A stretch of DNA of 63,236 bases, filler included, from Craspedostauros australis (taxonomy: Eukaryota), in assembly GCA_030167865.1 (NCBI GenBank). It is 8 parts of 8 records of this genome, joined end to end, with 100 filler letters (N's around TTAATTAATTAA, not from the genome) between each part and the next. Parts side by side here need not be neighbours in the genome. Positions count along the whole stretch, not along the records: positions 46,146 to 50,863 come from JALAGF010006676.1; positions 50,964 to 59,975 come from JALAGF010006678.1; positions 60,076 to 63,236 come from JALAGF010006686.1; 5 more parts are not named here. The stretch is one strand, 5' to 3'. Below are positions 49,101 to 60,501 of the stretch, piece by piece. The notes beneath the pieces were generated by a model. It was not told the origin of the DNA. It did no database searches and saw nothing but the letters and a program-made list of their open reading frames with translations. The translations under genes and the position numbers were made by a program. Numbering within the stretch: position 1 is the first letter of the stretch; each line of letters begins with the position of its first letter.

Positions 49101-50863
49101 CTGTCGCGAATGCGAGAGTGAAGAACATCTCAAAGACTATAATCCCAAGAGCGACTCGCCGTGGCGAACGCCTCTTCATCAATATCAGTTACACTAAACA
49201 CATAGGCTTTGGAGATAAACGCTACTGGACCTTGATCGTGGACAGCTTCATGGACTACTGCTGGAGCTTTGTTCTGAAGAACAAGAGTGACCAACCAGGG
49301 TACATCAAACGATTCGTGCAGACGATCAAGTCACACACAGGTGATCAACAAATCATTTTCCAAGGCGATAACAGCGGAGAGAACAAATCCACGCAGGATA
49401 CTCTCATCGATGCAGGACTGAATGCGAAATTCGAGTTCATGGCGTCCAACACGCCAAAGCGGAATGGTAGAGTAGAACGCAAGTTTGCGTATCTCTACAC
49501 CAAGATCCGCTCCATGCTCAACGGAGCACAACTCAACGAAGAGTATAGGCATGGCCTGTGGGCAGCAGCTGCAAGCACTGCCACTGCCATCGCCAATTCT
49601 TTGACAGCAATCCACCATACGCCGATTCACTTTGAACATTCAGAGAGGTGGTTGTTGTGAAGACCACCTATGGCGGGATCTCTGCCAAGCTCAAGAATAG
49701 AGGAGAAGAGATGGTGTTCATTGGATATGTACACCAACATGTATCAGGAGTGTACAGCATGTACAGACCATTGACCAAGTCACTGGTCTGTTCCTGCGAC
49801 ATCAAATGGCTCAACCAATCATACGGACAGTTCTGTGGCTGGGCACAAGCACCAAACACACTCAACAATTCAGAAATGACAAACGCAGATAGCTTCACAA
49901 CCATTGGACGGAAGGGAGCAACGCCAAGGACGGCAATGCATCAAATGACAGAACCAAGGAGAGTATCCTTTGCCAACACGAACAAGTATCACATCCTATT
50001 GGACAGCGATGATGAGGACGAGGAAGCAGCAACCCAACTGCTCGAGAACGAGGAAGATCGGAGCGAGTCCGACCCTGAGGATGACGAGATCCTACCATCC
50101 GGCGACGAAGCCGACGATGACAAGGTCATCACTCCTCTGAACACACCAGCAAGGCCTGCGCGTGGTACACCATCGAGACCTCCACCAACCAAACCAAGCA
50201 AGCGTGACATAGACAGAAAGGAGAGACTCATGTGTCACAAAGCAAGAGGCAGGAAGGGACAGAACAATCCCAAGGCAACTGCAGGGAAGAAGATTCCCAA
50301 AGCACTGTGCGNGCTTGCAGACAACAACAGACCAGGTCAAAAGGAACGAGGTGATGAGAACGAATCATCATCAAACAAGGAGAGCGACAAACTCAGCAAT
50401 GAGTTAGCTGACAAACTGAGTGATGACAACGAGAACACAGACGATGAGGAAATCATAGACGAAATAGAAGAGACAGAGGTTATCCATCACAGCACCAACA
50501 GACTATACAGGATGAATGCAATCGTCGCCGAGATACCAGCGATTGACATCGGACTGTTGCTTCAGGACCAGAACGAAGAATCCGAGAAGCACATCGAACC
50601 GACGACGTTCGATGGGGCATTCAACCATCCGGATCCCATCCATCGAAAGGGATACCGAGCAGCCATCAAGAAAGATTTCAGCTCCATGGATACACGCAAG
50701 GTGTACAGCAAGATCAAATGAGACGCCACCCCNCNAGGCCGCAGATGCTGCAAATGCAAATGGGTCTTCAAGTTGAAACGCGATGGCACACATCGAGCGC
50801 GGCTCGTTGCATGTGGATATGCACAAGTCATGAAAGAGCACTATCGAAAAATCACAAGGGGAG
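46146..50863 (+). mobile_element. Degenerate Ty1/copia retrotransposon internal region (gag-PR-IN-RT start)
   Basis: Zinc knuckles CHNCGVYGHRSANC and CHYCGIIGHREVEC; protease WLADSGA; integrase GDNSGEN...NGRVERKF; RT start KWVFKLKRDGTHRARLVACGY; PR-IN-RT order; frameshifts. Confidence 0.95.
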
Positions 50864-50963
50864 NNNNNNNNNNNNNNNNNNNNNNNNNNNNNNNNNNNNN
50901 NNNNNNNTTAATTAATTAANNNNNNNNNNNNNNNNNNNNNNNNNNNNNNNNNNNNNNNNNNNN
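50864..50963. other. Artificial contig linker
   Basis: 44N-TTAATTAATTAA-44N. Confidence 0.97.
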
Positions 50964-51781
50964 GCGGACACATCACGTGACTTCGCTGGTGATGGGTGCC
51001 ATTGAAAAGTCACCCATATCGCCAAGCCACCCATTCAAGATGTGTTAAAAATCAACTCAAGATGGCCATGGCGAAGTATCCTGCGCAGATACGGTCTGGA
51101 AGAGGCTGCAGCCTGGGATGCAAACGAAAGGGATTTTTTTGGGTGTCGGAAAAACATCATGATGGCATCATCACATGGAGGTGCACCTTTGGAGGTATGA
51201 GCGCCCCACCCATTCTGAACACATCAGTGTGTCGCCAGAGAATGTGGNNNNNNNNNNNNNNNNNNNNNNNNNNNNNNNNNNNNNNNNNNNNNNNNNNNNN
51301 NNNNNNNNNNNNNNNNNNNNNNNNNNNNNNNNNNGGTGTTCGAAAATTCTGCGTTTCAGTGCAGGGACAGTTTGGAGTATGAGATGCGGCTATCTGCGCA
51401 GGATCTTCATGGAGTGGATAGATGGGGGGCATCCGGAGCCAGTGTGGTGCGCAGATTGTGAAAATGCCAGGGATGATAATGATGATCATGGGTGCTGAAG
51501 GTAGGGCAGCATGGTGCCATCGAGAATTTTTTGCACCCACCACCTGACAGACAGCAAGCCAAAACGACATTAAAAATAAAGTTCATACAAATTTAACTGA
51601 GATATTCAGAATAAGCGATAGCCAAGCGTCCGAATGAACTGTCTAGTTTTAATTTTAAATGGTGCGTTGTTGAGATATAACATCATAAGCAGTAATTTGG
51701 ATGGTTTGGGGCGTGCTCTATTTTAGTCTACTTTATCACGACTCATCACGAGTAAAACTCAAAAAACACTCCACAACTAGT

Positions 51782-52056
51782 GCCTCGAAGAGCCGGCTGT
51801 AACCAATTTTTTTGGTTACAGTTGGTTACAAGAAAAATGTCGTGTAGATCGTGGTACGATTTCTACGTAAGTCCCGAACAAAAACAGGCCAAAAACAGCA
51901 TCAACCAAAGTTAAACTCTCCGGACTTAGCTCATGTGAGTGTTCCTGTACTCGTCTTGCTATTGTAGCATCATATAGCGTTTATATATACAATCCTGAAG
52001 CTTGGTGTCTGTTGCTCTCTTTCTCGGTGAGCACTGATGTGATCCGTCAAGCACCC
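51782..52056. mobile_element. DNA transposon end following ACTAGT (terminus GCCTCGAAGAGCCGG)
   Basis: Matches the 8506-8520 terminus; subterminal CTGTAACCAA/TTGGTTACAG repeats; absent from the duplicate flank copy at 52387. Confidence 0.7.
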
Positions 52057-52780
52057 NNNNNNNNNNNNNNNNNNNNNNNNNNNNNNNNNNNNNNNNNNNN
52101 NNNNNNTGAAGGTAGGGCAGCATGGTGCCATCGAGAATTTTTTGCACCCACCACCTGACAGACAGCAAGCCAAAACGACATTAAAAATAAAGTTCATACA
52201 AATTTAACTNNNNNNNNNNNNNNNNNNGATAGCCAAGCGTCCGAATGAACTGTCTAGTTTTAATTTTAAATGGTGCGTTGTTGAGATATAACATCATAAG
52301 CAGTTGTTTGGATGGTTTTTGGTGTGCTCTAATTTAGTCTACTTTATCACGACTCATCACGAGTAAAACTCAAAAAACACTCCACAACTAGTGTTATCGT
52401 GAGTGCATCAACTGCGACCTGGAGCTCGTACTGGTATCTTCAACTTGTCGACATCAATACTATTCTACGATCTAGTACACTTGTACAGTCCGAGCACTTG
52501 CCCATCATTCCAAGAGCTCGCCAATGAGCAGAGAATCTGATCCTACATCTATGCAGGCATGGATGGAAGACAGAGGAGTGATACATAGACCGCGAGGATG
52601 CAGTAGCTGTTGAAAATCGATCCTATCACTATACTCGTGCAGTCGCACCTGACGACTCTACCATAAGGTGCTGCGTTTATTCTCTGTCCAGGATTGGATG
52701 GCATCAGTCAAATGCGTAGCAGCATTCTATTTGCAGGAACGCAGTTGATCAGCCGAGAAATCTACAATACCATGGTGCGC

Positions 52781-53854
52781 CTATCGGAACCAACCAGCGA
52801 CGTTCTCCAGAGCATTCTCGACAGCCGAATCCAACTCTGAAGGATCAAGCGATGCGTAGACCGCCTCACATTCCTCCAGAGTCGGCTTGGTACCCTGCGT
52901 CAGAAGTTCCTTGGGTTGTCCGACCTTGGGCTTGCGTGCCAAAACCCAATCACCGGGATACGCTCGGAACAGCAGGCAGTCAGGCGCCACCTGTTGCGGT
53001 GCGGCGGCCAGGCTGAAGACCGGCTCAAACTCCTCCGTGAACAGCTTTTCGGCTGCCTCCGTTCCAAAGTTCTCCACCTTGCTGAGGCGAGCATTTAGCA
53101 GCACGACCAGCGTTCCCATGCCAACCTCCGAACATATCTTGTCAATAGCCACGAGCTCCTTGGGACCTGGTGCCACGAACAGCGCCAATTCCGTGTTGTC
53201 CGGAAGCTTGAACGGGCCGCTCCTATTGGGTCCCACGTCGTCTATCTCGGCTGCCATCTTCGCTGCGAATCCTTTGGGCCTGGCGCTCTTCTTCTTCTTC
53301 TGGATCTTCTTGTTCCCGCCGCGGTTCATCGCCATGATCTTGGATGACGCGCTCGCATCGCCCTTCCATCGCTTCTTGGCGGCGTCCGACGATCCTTCGT
53401 CATTGAACACGACGCAGATGTTCTCGCCGCCCAACGGCTGGAACATGTCGACGAATAGCCGCGCCAACTCGCGGTCGGAACGATCGAAATCCATCTGCGT
53501 CGGCGTCTCGTTGTCGCCTCGCTTCTTCTTGACCTGCTTCTCCACGCCGAACTTGGTGCCCACGGGGAATTCGATGTCCATGCGCGACGTCTTCTGCTGC
53601 AGGGCGTCCTGCACGGCCTGTCGGCATCGCGATACGGCGTCCTTCACGTCGCGCGGCAGTGCTTCGTTTTTGGCGGAGCCGCCGAGGCCGCCGAACGAGA
53701 TCATGTTGAGTGATGTCGATTTGGACATGGGGGATGCGTCGATGAGGGACGCCTGTCGACGATGGTGGACGTTTGGTTGAAAGGCGTCGCAGCTGTGCAC
53801 CATCACGGTGGTCGCTGCCAACAGAGGCAACAAAGTGGAGGGGAAGATCGTCAT
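52781..53854 (-). CDS. Plastid-targeted DUF1995-family protein
   Basis: Signal peptide plus ASAFAP-like CDA/FQP and a Ser/Arg-rich transit peptide; SRMDIEFPVG, VVLLNARL, LFRAYPGDWVL. Confidence 0.82.
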   Translation of the reverse strand: MTIFPSTLLPLLAATTVMVHSCDAFQPNVHHRRQASLIDASPMSKSTSLNMISFGGLGGSAKNEALPRDVKDAVSRCRQAVQDALQQKTSRMDIEFPVGTKFGVEKQVKKKRGDNETPTQMDFDRSDRELARLFVDMFQPLGGENICVVFNDEGSSDAAKKRWKGDASASSKIMAMNRGGNKKIQKKKKSARPKGFAAKMAAEIDDVGPNRSGPFKLPDNTELALFVAPGPKELVAIDKICSEVGMGTLVVLLNARLSKVENFGTEAAEKLFTEEFEPVFSLAAAPQQVAPDCLLFRAYPGDWVLARKPKVGQPKELLTQGTKPTLEECEAVYASLDPSELDSAVENALENVAGWFR

Positions 53855-54428
53855 CGCTTCTGACAATATTGAATGTTTACAATGGGTTGCTCGTTTCCGA
53901 CGTTTCACTACTGCTGTGAGATGCGAGACGCAAGACGTGAGATATTCAATGGATAGTTGTATGGTGTGACTTCTGATGAATGTGGGGGTCAGCAATGAAC
54001 TCTCCGGAAGTATGGCGCATCTTGTTGCTCTGTTGTCGTTGATGTTTGGTGGTGGTTGGCGGCTGTTGTTGAAGTATCAGAAACGACGATTTCTTTGGTC
54101 GTATTAGTCGATTGGCACAGAGTTTGGCACCTGATCCGCAAAAGACCCAAAAATGGCGCCAAAACACACACAGACACCACAGAGGTTGAAAAGAAGACGT
54201 GTGTCGACGATCACAAAGAGGAAATGCAACAAGAGGCGAACACATCATTCATACTCGTACGAGCTGCAGTGGTTGACCATCCGCTCTTGCATTCATCCCC
54301 GGACTTGTGCTATGAATCAATCTCCATGCAAATAGATGAGAGAGGGAAAGGAGAACTGCCGTTGCTTCCAGGACAGTCCTCTCTATGGGATCAAAAATAG
54401 GGGAAGAATCGAGGACGCTATCGACGAC

Positions 54429-55934
54429 ATGATGGAAACTCCCAGCGCCCAAGTTCGACAAGGCTGCTCAAGCAATGCAACGGGCACCAAACCACGAGCA
54501 GCCAATGAAGGAAGGGGAACGATGATGTGCCGCCAGTGGTCAAAGAGGCATCGCGGGATATCCATGATAGTGATCTCCATCACAATATGCGCCGCCGTTT
54601 ACTGTGTCCAGTTCGTGGCCATGATCACGATGTTGCGAACCAATCCAATTGGCAGCGAATCTGCGAAGACTTCGGATCATGCTCATGCTCGTGGTGAAGA
54701 CGCTCCCAATCATACTTCGCATCCACCATTTTCCATCACGTCGCCGATAGCCGCCAATTCCACCACGATACCAACCTGGATGTCGGACTACTTCCAATGG
54801 CACGCGCAGCAACTGAATGAATTGAACGATCCGCACGTGGATTGGGATGCGCACCGATTTCTCATCATGCGCTGCGCCACACAGGATCGGTGCGGTGGGA
54901 CGTCCGATCGATTAAAGTCATTGCCGCTGTTCCTCCTCATGGGTGCCATCTCGAATCGAATCCTCTTCATTCGGTGGCAACGTCCGTTTCCGTTGGAAAA
55001 CTTCTTGCTTCCAACCGCGACGTTCAACTGGACTGTGCCGAACAACCTTCAGGTGCTTCTGGATGGTTCGGAACCGCAAGTTGACGGTGCACAAGGAGAC
55101 GTCGCAACATCGACACATTCCAGCACTCCACCACAACGGTCACGATCCTACGATAATGGCATCAAGGTGAAGAACCTGTTGAAAGACAACCGCGATGGCA
55201 GCATCTGGCTGGTCGAGGGTAACGTCCAAAGCGGGGGAGCTGCCGAATTCAGGCAGCAGATCGACCTCCAAACGAAGCATGGGATCCTGAAGGACCAGCC
55301 AAAGGCGGATGACAACTATCTGGGATTCTACCACGACATGTTCCACACCGTCTTCCATCCATCTTCGCACATCGAGCAGATGGTCGTCGCGTACATGACC
55401 CAACTCAAGCTGACGCCAAACGAGTACACCGTCGCCCACTACCGATCGACCTATCCAGGCGAACCCTACCGTGAGACCAAGAACGTGACGATCCTCCGCG
55501 ACACCATGTGGAATGCCATCAACTGCGGGCTGCAACTGAATCCGGGATATCCCGTGTACGCTGCGGCGGATACCGTTCTCGCGTTGCAGATGGCGGAGAC
55601 CTACAACTACACGGAACAACGACATGCACAAAGGCAATCGAGCAACAACGCGGAGGTCCGAGTCGTGTCGCATCTGCATGCCACGCAGTATCTGGACAGC
55701 AGCAAGGTGACAGTGCTGCCGCGTGAAGATCCGTTGCACTTGAACTTTGCCAAACCAAACGACGCGTCTGGATTCTACTCGATATTCCTGGACATATATG
55801 TAATGGCCAACAGCCGGTGCGTCACCTTTGGAGCAGGAGGTTTTGGACGATTTGGCAGCCTCCTCAGTTTCAATGCATCGTGCCGTTCCGTGCATTCCAG
55901 GCAAGGGGTGGTTCAACACTGCGATACGCCATGA
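54429..55934 (+). CDS. Type II membrane fucosyltransferase-like glycosyltransferase (GT23/NodZ/O-FucT superfamily); start may be 54522
   Basis: TM helix ISMIVISITICAAVYCVQFVAMI; CGGTSDRL; motifs VAHYRS, VYAAADT, FLDIYVMANSRC...GGFG. Confidence 0.78.
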   Translation: MMETPSAQVRQGCSSNATGTKPRAANEGRGTMMCRQWSKRHRGISMIVISITICAAVYCVQFVAMITMLRTNPIGSESAKTSDHAHARGEDAPNHTSHPPFSITSPIAANSTTIPTWMSDYFQWHAQQLNELNDPHVDWDAHRFLIMRCATQDRCGGTSDRLKSLPLFLLMGAISNRILFIRWQRPFPLENFLLPTATFNWTVPNNLQVLLDGSEPQVDGAQGDVATSTHSSTPPQRSRSYDNGIKVKNLLKDNRDGSIWLVEGNVQSGGAAEFRQQIDLQTKHGILKDQPKADDNYLGFYHDMFHTVFHPSSHIEQMVVAYMTQLKLTPNEYTVAHYRSTYPGEPYRETKNVTILRDTMWNAINCGLQLNPGYPVYAAADTVLALQMAETYNYTEQRHAQRQSSNNAEVRVVSHLHATQYLDSSKVTVLPREDPLHLNFAKPNDASGFYSIFLDIYVMANSRCVTFGAGGFGRFGSLLSFNASCRSVHSRQGVVQHCDTP

Positions 55935-56148
55935 ATGTAGTCTTGTATTGCATAGGTCGTGGAACAGAACAGAATAGAACATGGTGGGGTGCAATAGTTG
56001 AGTATCTGCAGTGGAGATGAATGATTGTAGAATGCACCTCTTCTAACTCTACTAAGATGATGCTTGTGTCATTCCAACATCATTCCGTCCAAAATATTCT
56101 CGACCAAGACAGCACCGCTAATCTTTGTGACCATCTTGGGCGAATGTC

Positions 56149-56877
56149 TCATGCCCACCATTTCTTCTCGACAGACGATGGTGACGACGATCCTTCATCG
56201 GGTTTCTGCTCTCCCTCTCCCTGCCCGCCACCTTGCACATCTGCCATCCACTTGGTTCCCACCTGCTGAATAGTCTGAGCAACGGTGCTCACAGTCGACG
56301 GGTCTTCCGCAGTGGTCTTCGCACCGGATTTATCGTCATTGCCCTGCAGCGCGTACTTGATCAGTTCCTTCGGCAGCGTCGTGGCAACCCCGTACACACC
56401 AACGATCGCCAGCGACCACCAGAACGCATACCGCAAGGCTCGGCGGCCGCCATACTGCGCCAGATCCATCCACCGCGATGCATTCTGCCGTGCACTGTTG
56501 GTTACATTCTGCTGCGTCTGTTGCACCGTCTGCGACGTCGCATTCCACGCCGCGCGTGTGGATGCCTTGCCGGCCTGCGAGGCGTCGGACAGGGTTTGCT
56601 GCGCCGTCTTGAGCGCCCTTTGCGATTGTTCCTTCGCGAGCTTCTGAGCCTGCGGGATGTACTTTTCGGAGGCCTGCTTGCTCAGCGCCTGCGACGATTG
56701 TTTGTACGATTCGAACACCTTCTTTTGCTGCTCCTGCAGCTGCTTCGTCAAGTTGGTCTTGGCTGCATCGACTTGCTGCGACACTGCCGCCTTGACGGCC
56801 TCGCTTGCCTGGCTTTGCTTCTGCGATACGGCGCTCCGTATCCTTGACAGGAGCTGTGTTCCCTTTGATCTCCACAT
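56149..56877 (-). CDS. Hypothetical Ala/Gln/Lys-rich helical protein with a C-terminal TM helix; possibly mitochondrial
   Basis: 242-aa ORF; Arg/Ser-rich, acid-free N-terminus MWRSKGTQLLSRIRS; TM segment YAFWWSLAIVGVYGVA. Confidence 0.72.
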   Translation of the reverse strand: MWRSKGTQLLSRIRSAVSQKQSQASEAVKAAVSQQVDAAKTNLTKQLQEQQKKVFESYKQSSQALSKQASEKYIPQAQKLAKEQSQRALKTAQQTLSDASQAGKASTRAAWNATSQTVQQTQQNVTNSARQNASRWMDLAQYGGRRALRYAFWWSLAIVGVYGVATTLPKELIKYALQGNDDKSGAKTTAEDPSTVSTVAQTIQQVGTKWMADVQGGGQGEGEQKPDEGSSSPSSVEKKWWA

Positions 56878-57680
56878 GCTGAAGGGTTGGGTTGGTTGGA
56901 CTTTCTCGTGATGTGGTTGGAGGTATGCTCGTGATTGCGGAGTTGAGCACGAGTATGACTTGTGATTGTGATTGTGATTGTGACACCAACGTTTCAAACA
57001 CAATCAGCAGCGGAGGTCTCGAACTTCGTCGCATGGAGGACAACGAGTTGCGTTTGGGCAACAGTTCGTGTTCTGAAACGTGTGCGCAGTTGCGATGGGC
57101 ATTGAGCAGACAACGAAGGAGCGCGTGCGTTCTGTGGTTTGAGTTGACTGCTGGGCGACTGGTGCGACTGCAAGAACGTCTCAACACAATTTCGAGACAT
57201 GCCTGCCCCAACCGTCACACACTCACACAAAAACGACCAAAACAAAGATCTTTCGCCACTAACAGACGTCGCACAGAACACTACAGGAACACCACTGCAA
57301 GATAATCCACACTGATTCCAACGAAGTCACAATCTACCCCTGTCACATAATAGTGCTCTGCTCTACTCTATTCTACAACGCATGGCCACAGCTTCTCAAG
57401 CCTCAACAACGCAGAGCACACAGGTCTCCCCCTCTCACTCGCAGAGCAGATTGTCTCTCATGGAACTCAGCCAAGGGATCTCAACCCATGGTACATGGGC
57501 TACATGACCCCATACACACTGTCACTCAGGACACTACAAGAGACCCTCCCCGCAGGGAAGAACCATAGCACTAATCTCATAATCCGCATGTTTCTTCACC
57601 ATCTACCAGTATTCTCAATCAACTACTTGTGGAACAGAAGACTCACATTTGGACCGCTTGTCAATCAAGCCTCTGCCCTA

Positions 57681-57730
57681 CAGCTAACAACAGCTAACAA
57701 CAGCTAACAACAGCTAACAACAGCTAACAA
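57681..57730. repeat. (CAGCTAACAA)5 tandem repeat
   Basis: Five exact 10-bp copies. Confidence 0.95.
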
Positions 57731-58822
57731 CAGCCAACAGCCATTACGTTTGGGCTCTATTAGATGAACAGTCGCAAAAGATTGTCAAGCTCTTAGACCT
57801 CTACAAGATGACCGTCACCAACTGCCTCCAGCTCTCCAACTGACCACCTCCCAAGAGGAGCCCAGGAGACAGGACCCAAGCCTTCGAGACTGTCCCCACG
57901 GACCTGAAGGACCCAAGCCTCTCTGCCATCCTCGATGGCACGCCAGGCTACCCAACGGCGAAGCCATCTTCACTCTCCTTCACGGATATCGGAGAAAACT
58001 TCATCGAGGTCACCTTCCGACACCCCATCATCGTAGATGCGTGGAATCGAAAGGAAAGAACCTACGAAACCGAAATCGTGCGCCACATCCACAAGACTAC
58101 CTGGAACGCGTTCACGGAACTCAAGGAGGAGATTGGGATCAGCATCGAAACCGCCACGATCTTCAACCTCTTCCCACCAGTTGAGATTCAATAAGGGACA
58201 GACTATTACCGGACACGGTATCAAACCGATGGGAGAAATTCTTGTTTTGGCGCGAAATCCTCCGACTTGATTGACCACCAAATCTTTTCTCCTCCTTTCT
58301 CTCCTCCATTCACGAATCCATCATGACTCAAGTATGACCGACCTGACTCACATCTCACCTTGGGAACTATATGCTCCTCAGATCCTCTTACTACAACATA
58401 CCTCGATTCCCTCCATGCTGATAACCACTACACTACCGCCGTGGCCCTGGCGTATGTATCCAACTTGCTTCAACTCAAGGAATGGAATCCGAGGGTCAGC
58501 ACCAAGCCACAGCCACTGCTTCATGACCGTCACTACCAAGTGTCATGATCTACACTGCAGTGTGTCTATGTGTATGGAGAGCAAAGCACTGTAATGATCG
58601 CCTATCCTGCTGCACTGAACCAAGTACATCAGTGCAGGGTCTCGCCAAGTTGTGTGGCATCGTTTCTTCACCCTACTAACACTACAAGCTAACTCATAAT
58701 AAACAGACAAGGATTAGCTACAAAGCACTCTTCTACTCATCGTTACAGTTAACTCTTCAATCAGCACACCTCTCTTGAACTGCATCACACGGCTATCCCG
58801 AAGCCGGCAGATCCAAGAGGCA

Positions 58823-59975
58823 TGTCGAGATGTACATGTGAGTATATGTCGAGACGTACGTGCATATGTGCATCGTTCACCCGCTATTCTCTCATACGCA
58901 CTTGGACGGTATAACTACATTCGTGTAGATAGTATGCTGTGATTCGTCAGAATTACAGCGGAAATGGAACACACGAAAATGAGCAAGATTTCTGGAGGAA
59001 ATTTGCAATCGACNNNNNNNNNNNNNNNNNNNNNNNNNNNNNNNNNNNNNNNNNNNNNNNNNNNNNNNNNNNNNNNNNNNNNNNNNNNNNNNNNNNNNNN
59101 NNNNNNNNNNNNNNNNNNNNNNNNNNNNNNNNNNNNNNNNNTGACATCTGGAGAGCAGAAGGACGCCTACTGACGTCGACAGGATGTCATCGTGTCACCA
59201 TGTCGACATCTGTCTCCAAGTCAGAGCAGGAGGCGAAGATCCGAAGAGCATCAAGATCATGGATACTGAAGGTGAACTTCAAATGGTACGTACTCATGGA
59301 GTAAGAGCCAGTACTGAATGAATGGAGTGTCGGATGCGGAGTACGCATCGAACACGGAGTATCGTGTAGCACGAACGCACGATGTTGAGAGAGAGAGGCG
59401 AGAGAGCATCTCGCGTACCGACTCATAGTCGTGTCGAACACCGAATCTACGAAACAGATTGAAGCGCCGAGAGCATCGGGCAAGAGAACGAGCGCACACC
59501 GAGAGGATCGGAGTAACCAAGTAATGAAATAGCAAACAGACGACTATCAACCAACACCATCTTCCACGATCGTAGGTTACCGTGAGCGGAACTTGCCAAC
59601 ACGTTTATAAACGATAGATCAGGGCGAGCCCGCAGATCGGATCGTACGAGGAAGACGAACATCATTCAAGAGCGACAGGCTGAATGAGCGAGGAAGAGGA
59701 ATTGAAAGACATCCCTCTGTCCAACCCGACTATCAAGAGAGAAGAAGGTGCGAGTGAGACTCGACCACGACAAGAGAAGGAAGCAGCCGCGGCTACTGTC
59801 CTATCAGGTGCAGACGCAAGCGCGATCGACGAGACCGAAGAGGAACGGTCTGCAAGACTACACCGCGAGGAGAAGAGGATTCTCAAGGCGGTCAAGCAAG
59901 AGGAGACTGGTGTGACGAAGAGCATTCGCACAGCCAAACAGGGTGGTAAAAGTGAGACACCACCAGGAGGAGAAT
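58823..59975 (+). mobile_element. Copia 5' LTR, leader and gag start (59684->59975)
   Basis: Begins TGTCGAGATG like 35914; gag EGASET...SAIDETEEERSARL...KQEETGV is homologous to 46146-46318. Confidence 0.85.
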
Positions 59976-60075
59976 NNNNNNNNNNNNNNNNNNNNNNNNN
60001 NNNNNNNNNNNNNNNNNNNTTAATTAATTAANNNNNNNNNNNNNNNNNNNNNNNNNNNNNNNNNNNNNNNNNNNN
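59976..60075. other. Artificial contig linker
   Basis: 44N-TTAATTAATTAA-44N. Confidence 0.97.
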
Positions 60076-60500
60076 CCCGCCCCCTGCGACATACACGTGT
60101 GATTGGCATTCCTGCATTGAGGTCACGGACACCATAGTCCGGTTCGCATTCGGCACGTGACGTTCTCCACCACAAGTTACGTGCAGCTCACATTTTTCTG
60201 TGTCACAATGATCAAACGTGGGAGTTGCGGTAATGTATCATTTCATGACATTCGACTCCTGACTNNNNNNNTATTGGGAGGTGCGGTAGTGTAGCATTCC
60301 ACGATGCTCAACTCCACACTCTTGGGAGGTGCGGCAATTCGGTGTTTCACAACACCCGATTCCTGACAGACATGGTATACAAAGGTGTGACAAATAGTCT
60401 CAGAACATGTGATGAATAATATTCAAAGCTGTGGCGAACAATGTTGGGAGGTGCGGCAATTACGGGTATTCCGACAAAGTCGTACCCTCAATTCCTAACA
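60076..60500 (+). mobile_element. LTR-like repeat 3' portion with internal degenerate units of about 50 bp
   Basis: Homologous to 7291-7620 (reverse complement); ends TTCCTAACA; TGGGAG(G/T)TGCGG occurs four times. Confidence 0.65.
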
Positions 60501-60501
60501 T

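Noticed and set aside
51078..51404. 14-bp inverted repeat ATCCTGCGCAGATA / TATCTGCGCAGGAT as a MITE
   Set aside because: Short, partly self-palindromic, spans an N gap, and has no TSD
57790..58640. Possible retroelement gag remnant
   Set aside because: Looks coding-like but is broken and has no diagnostic motif
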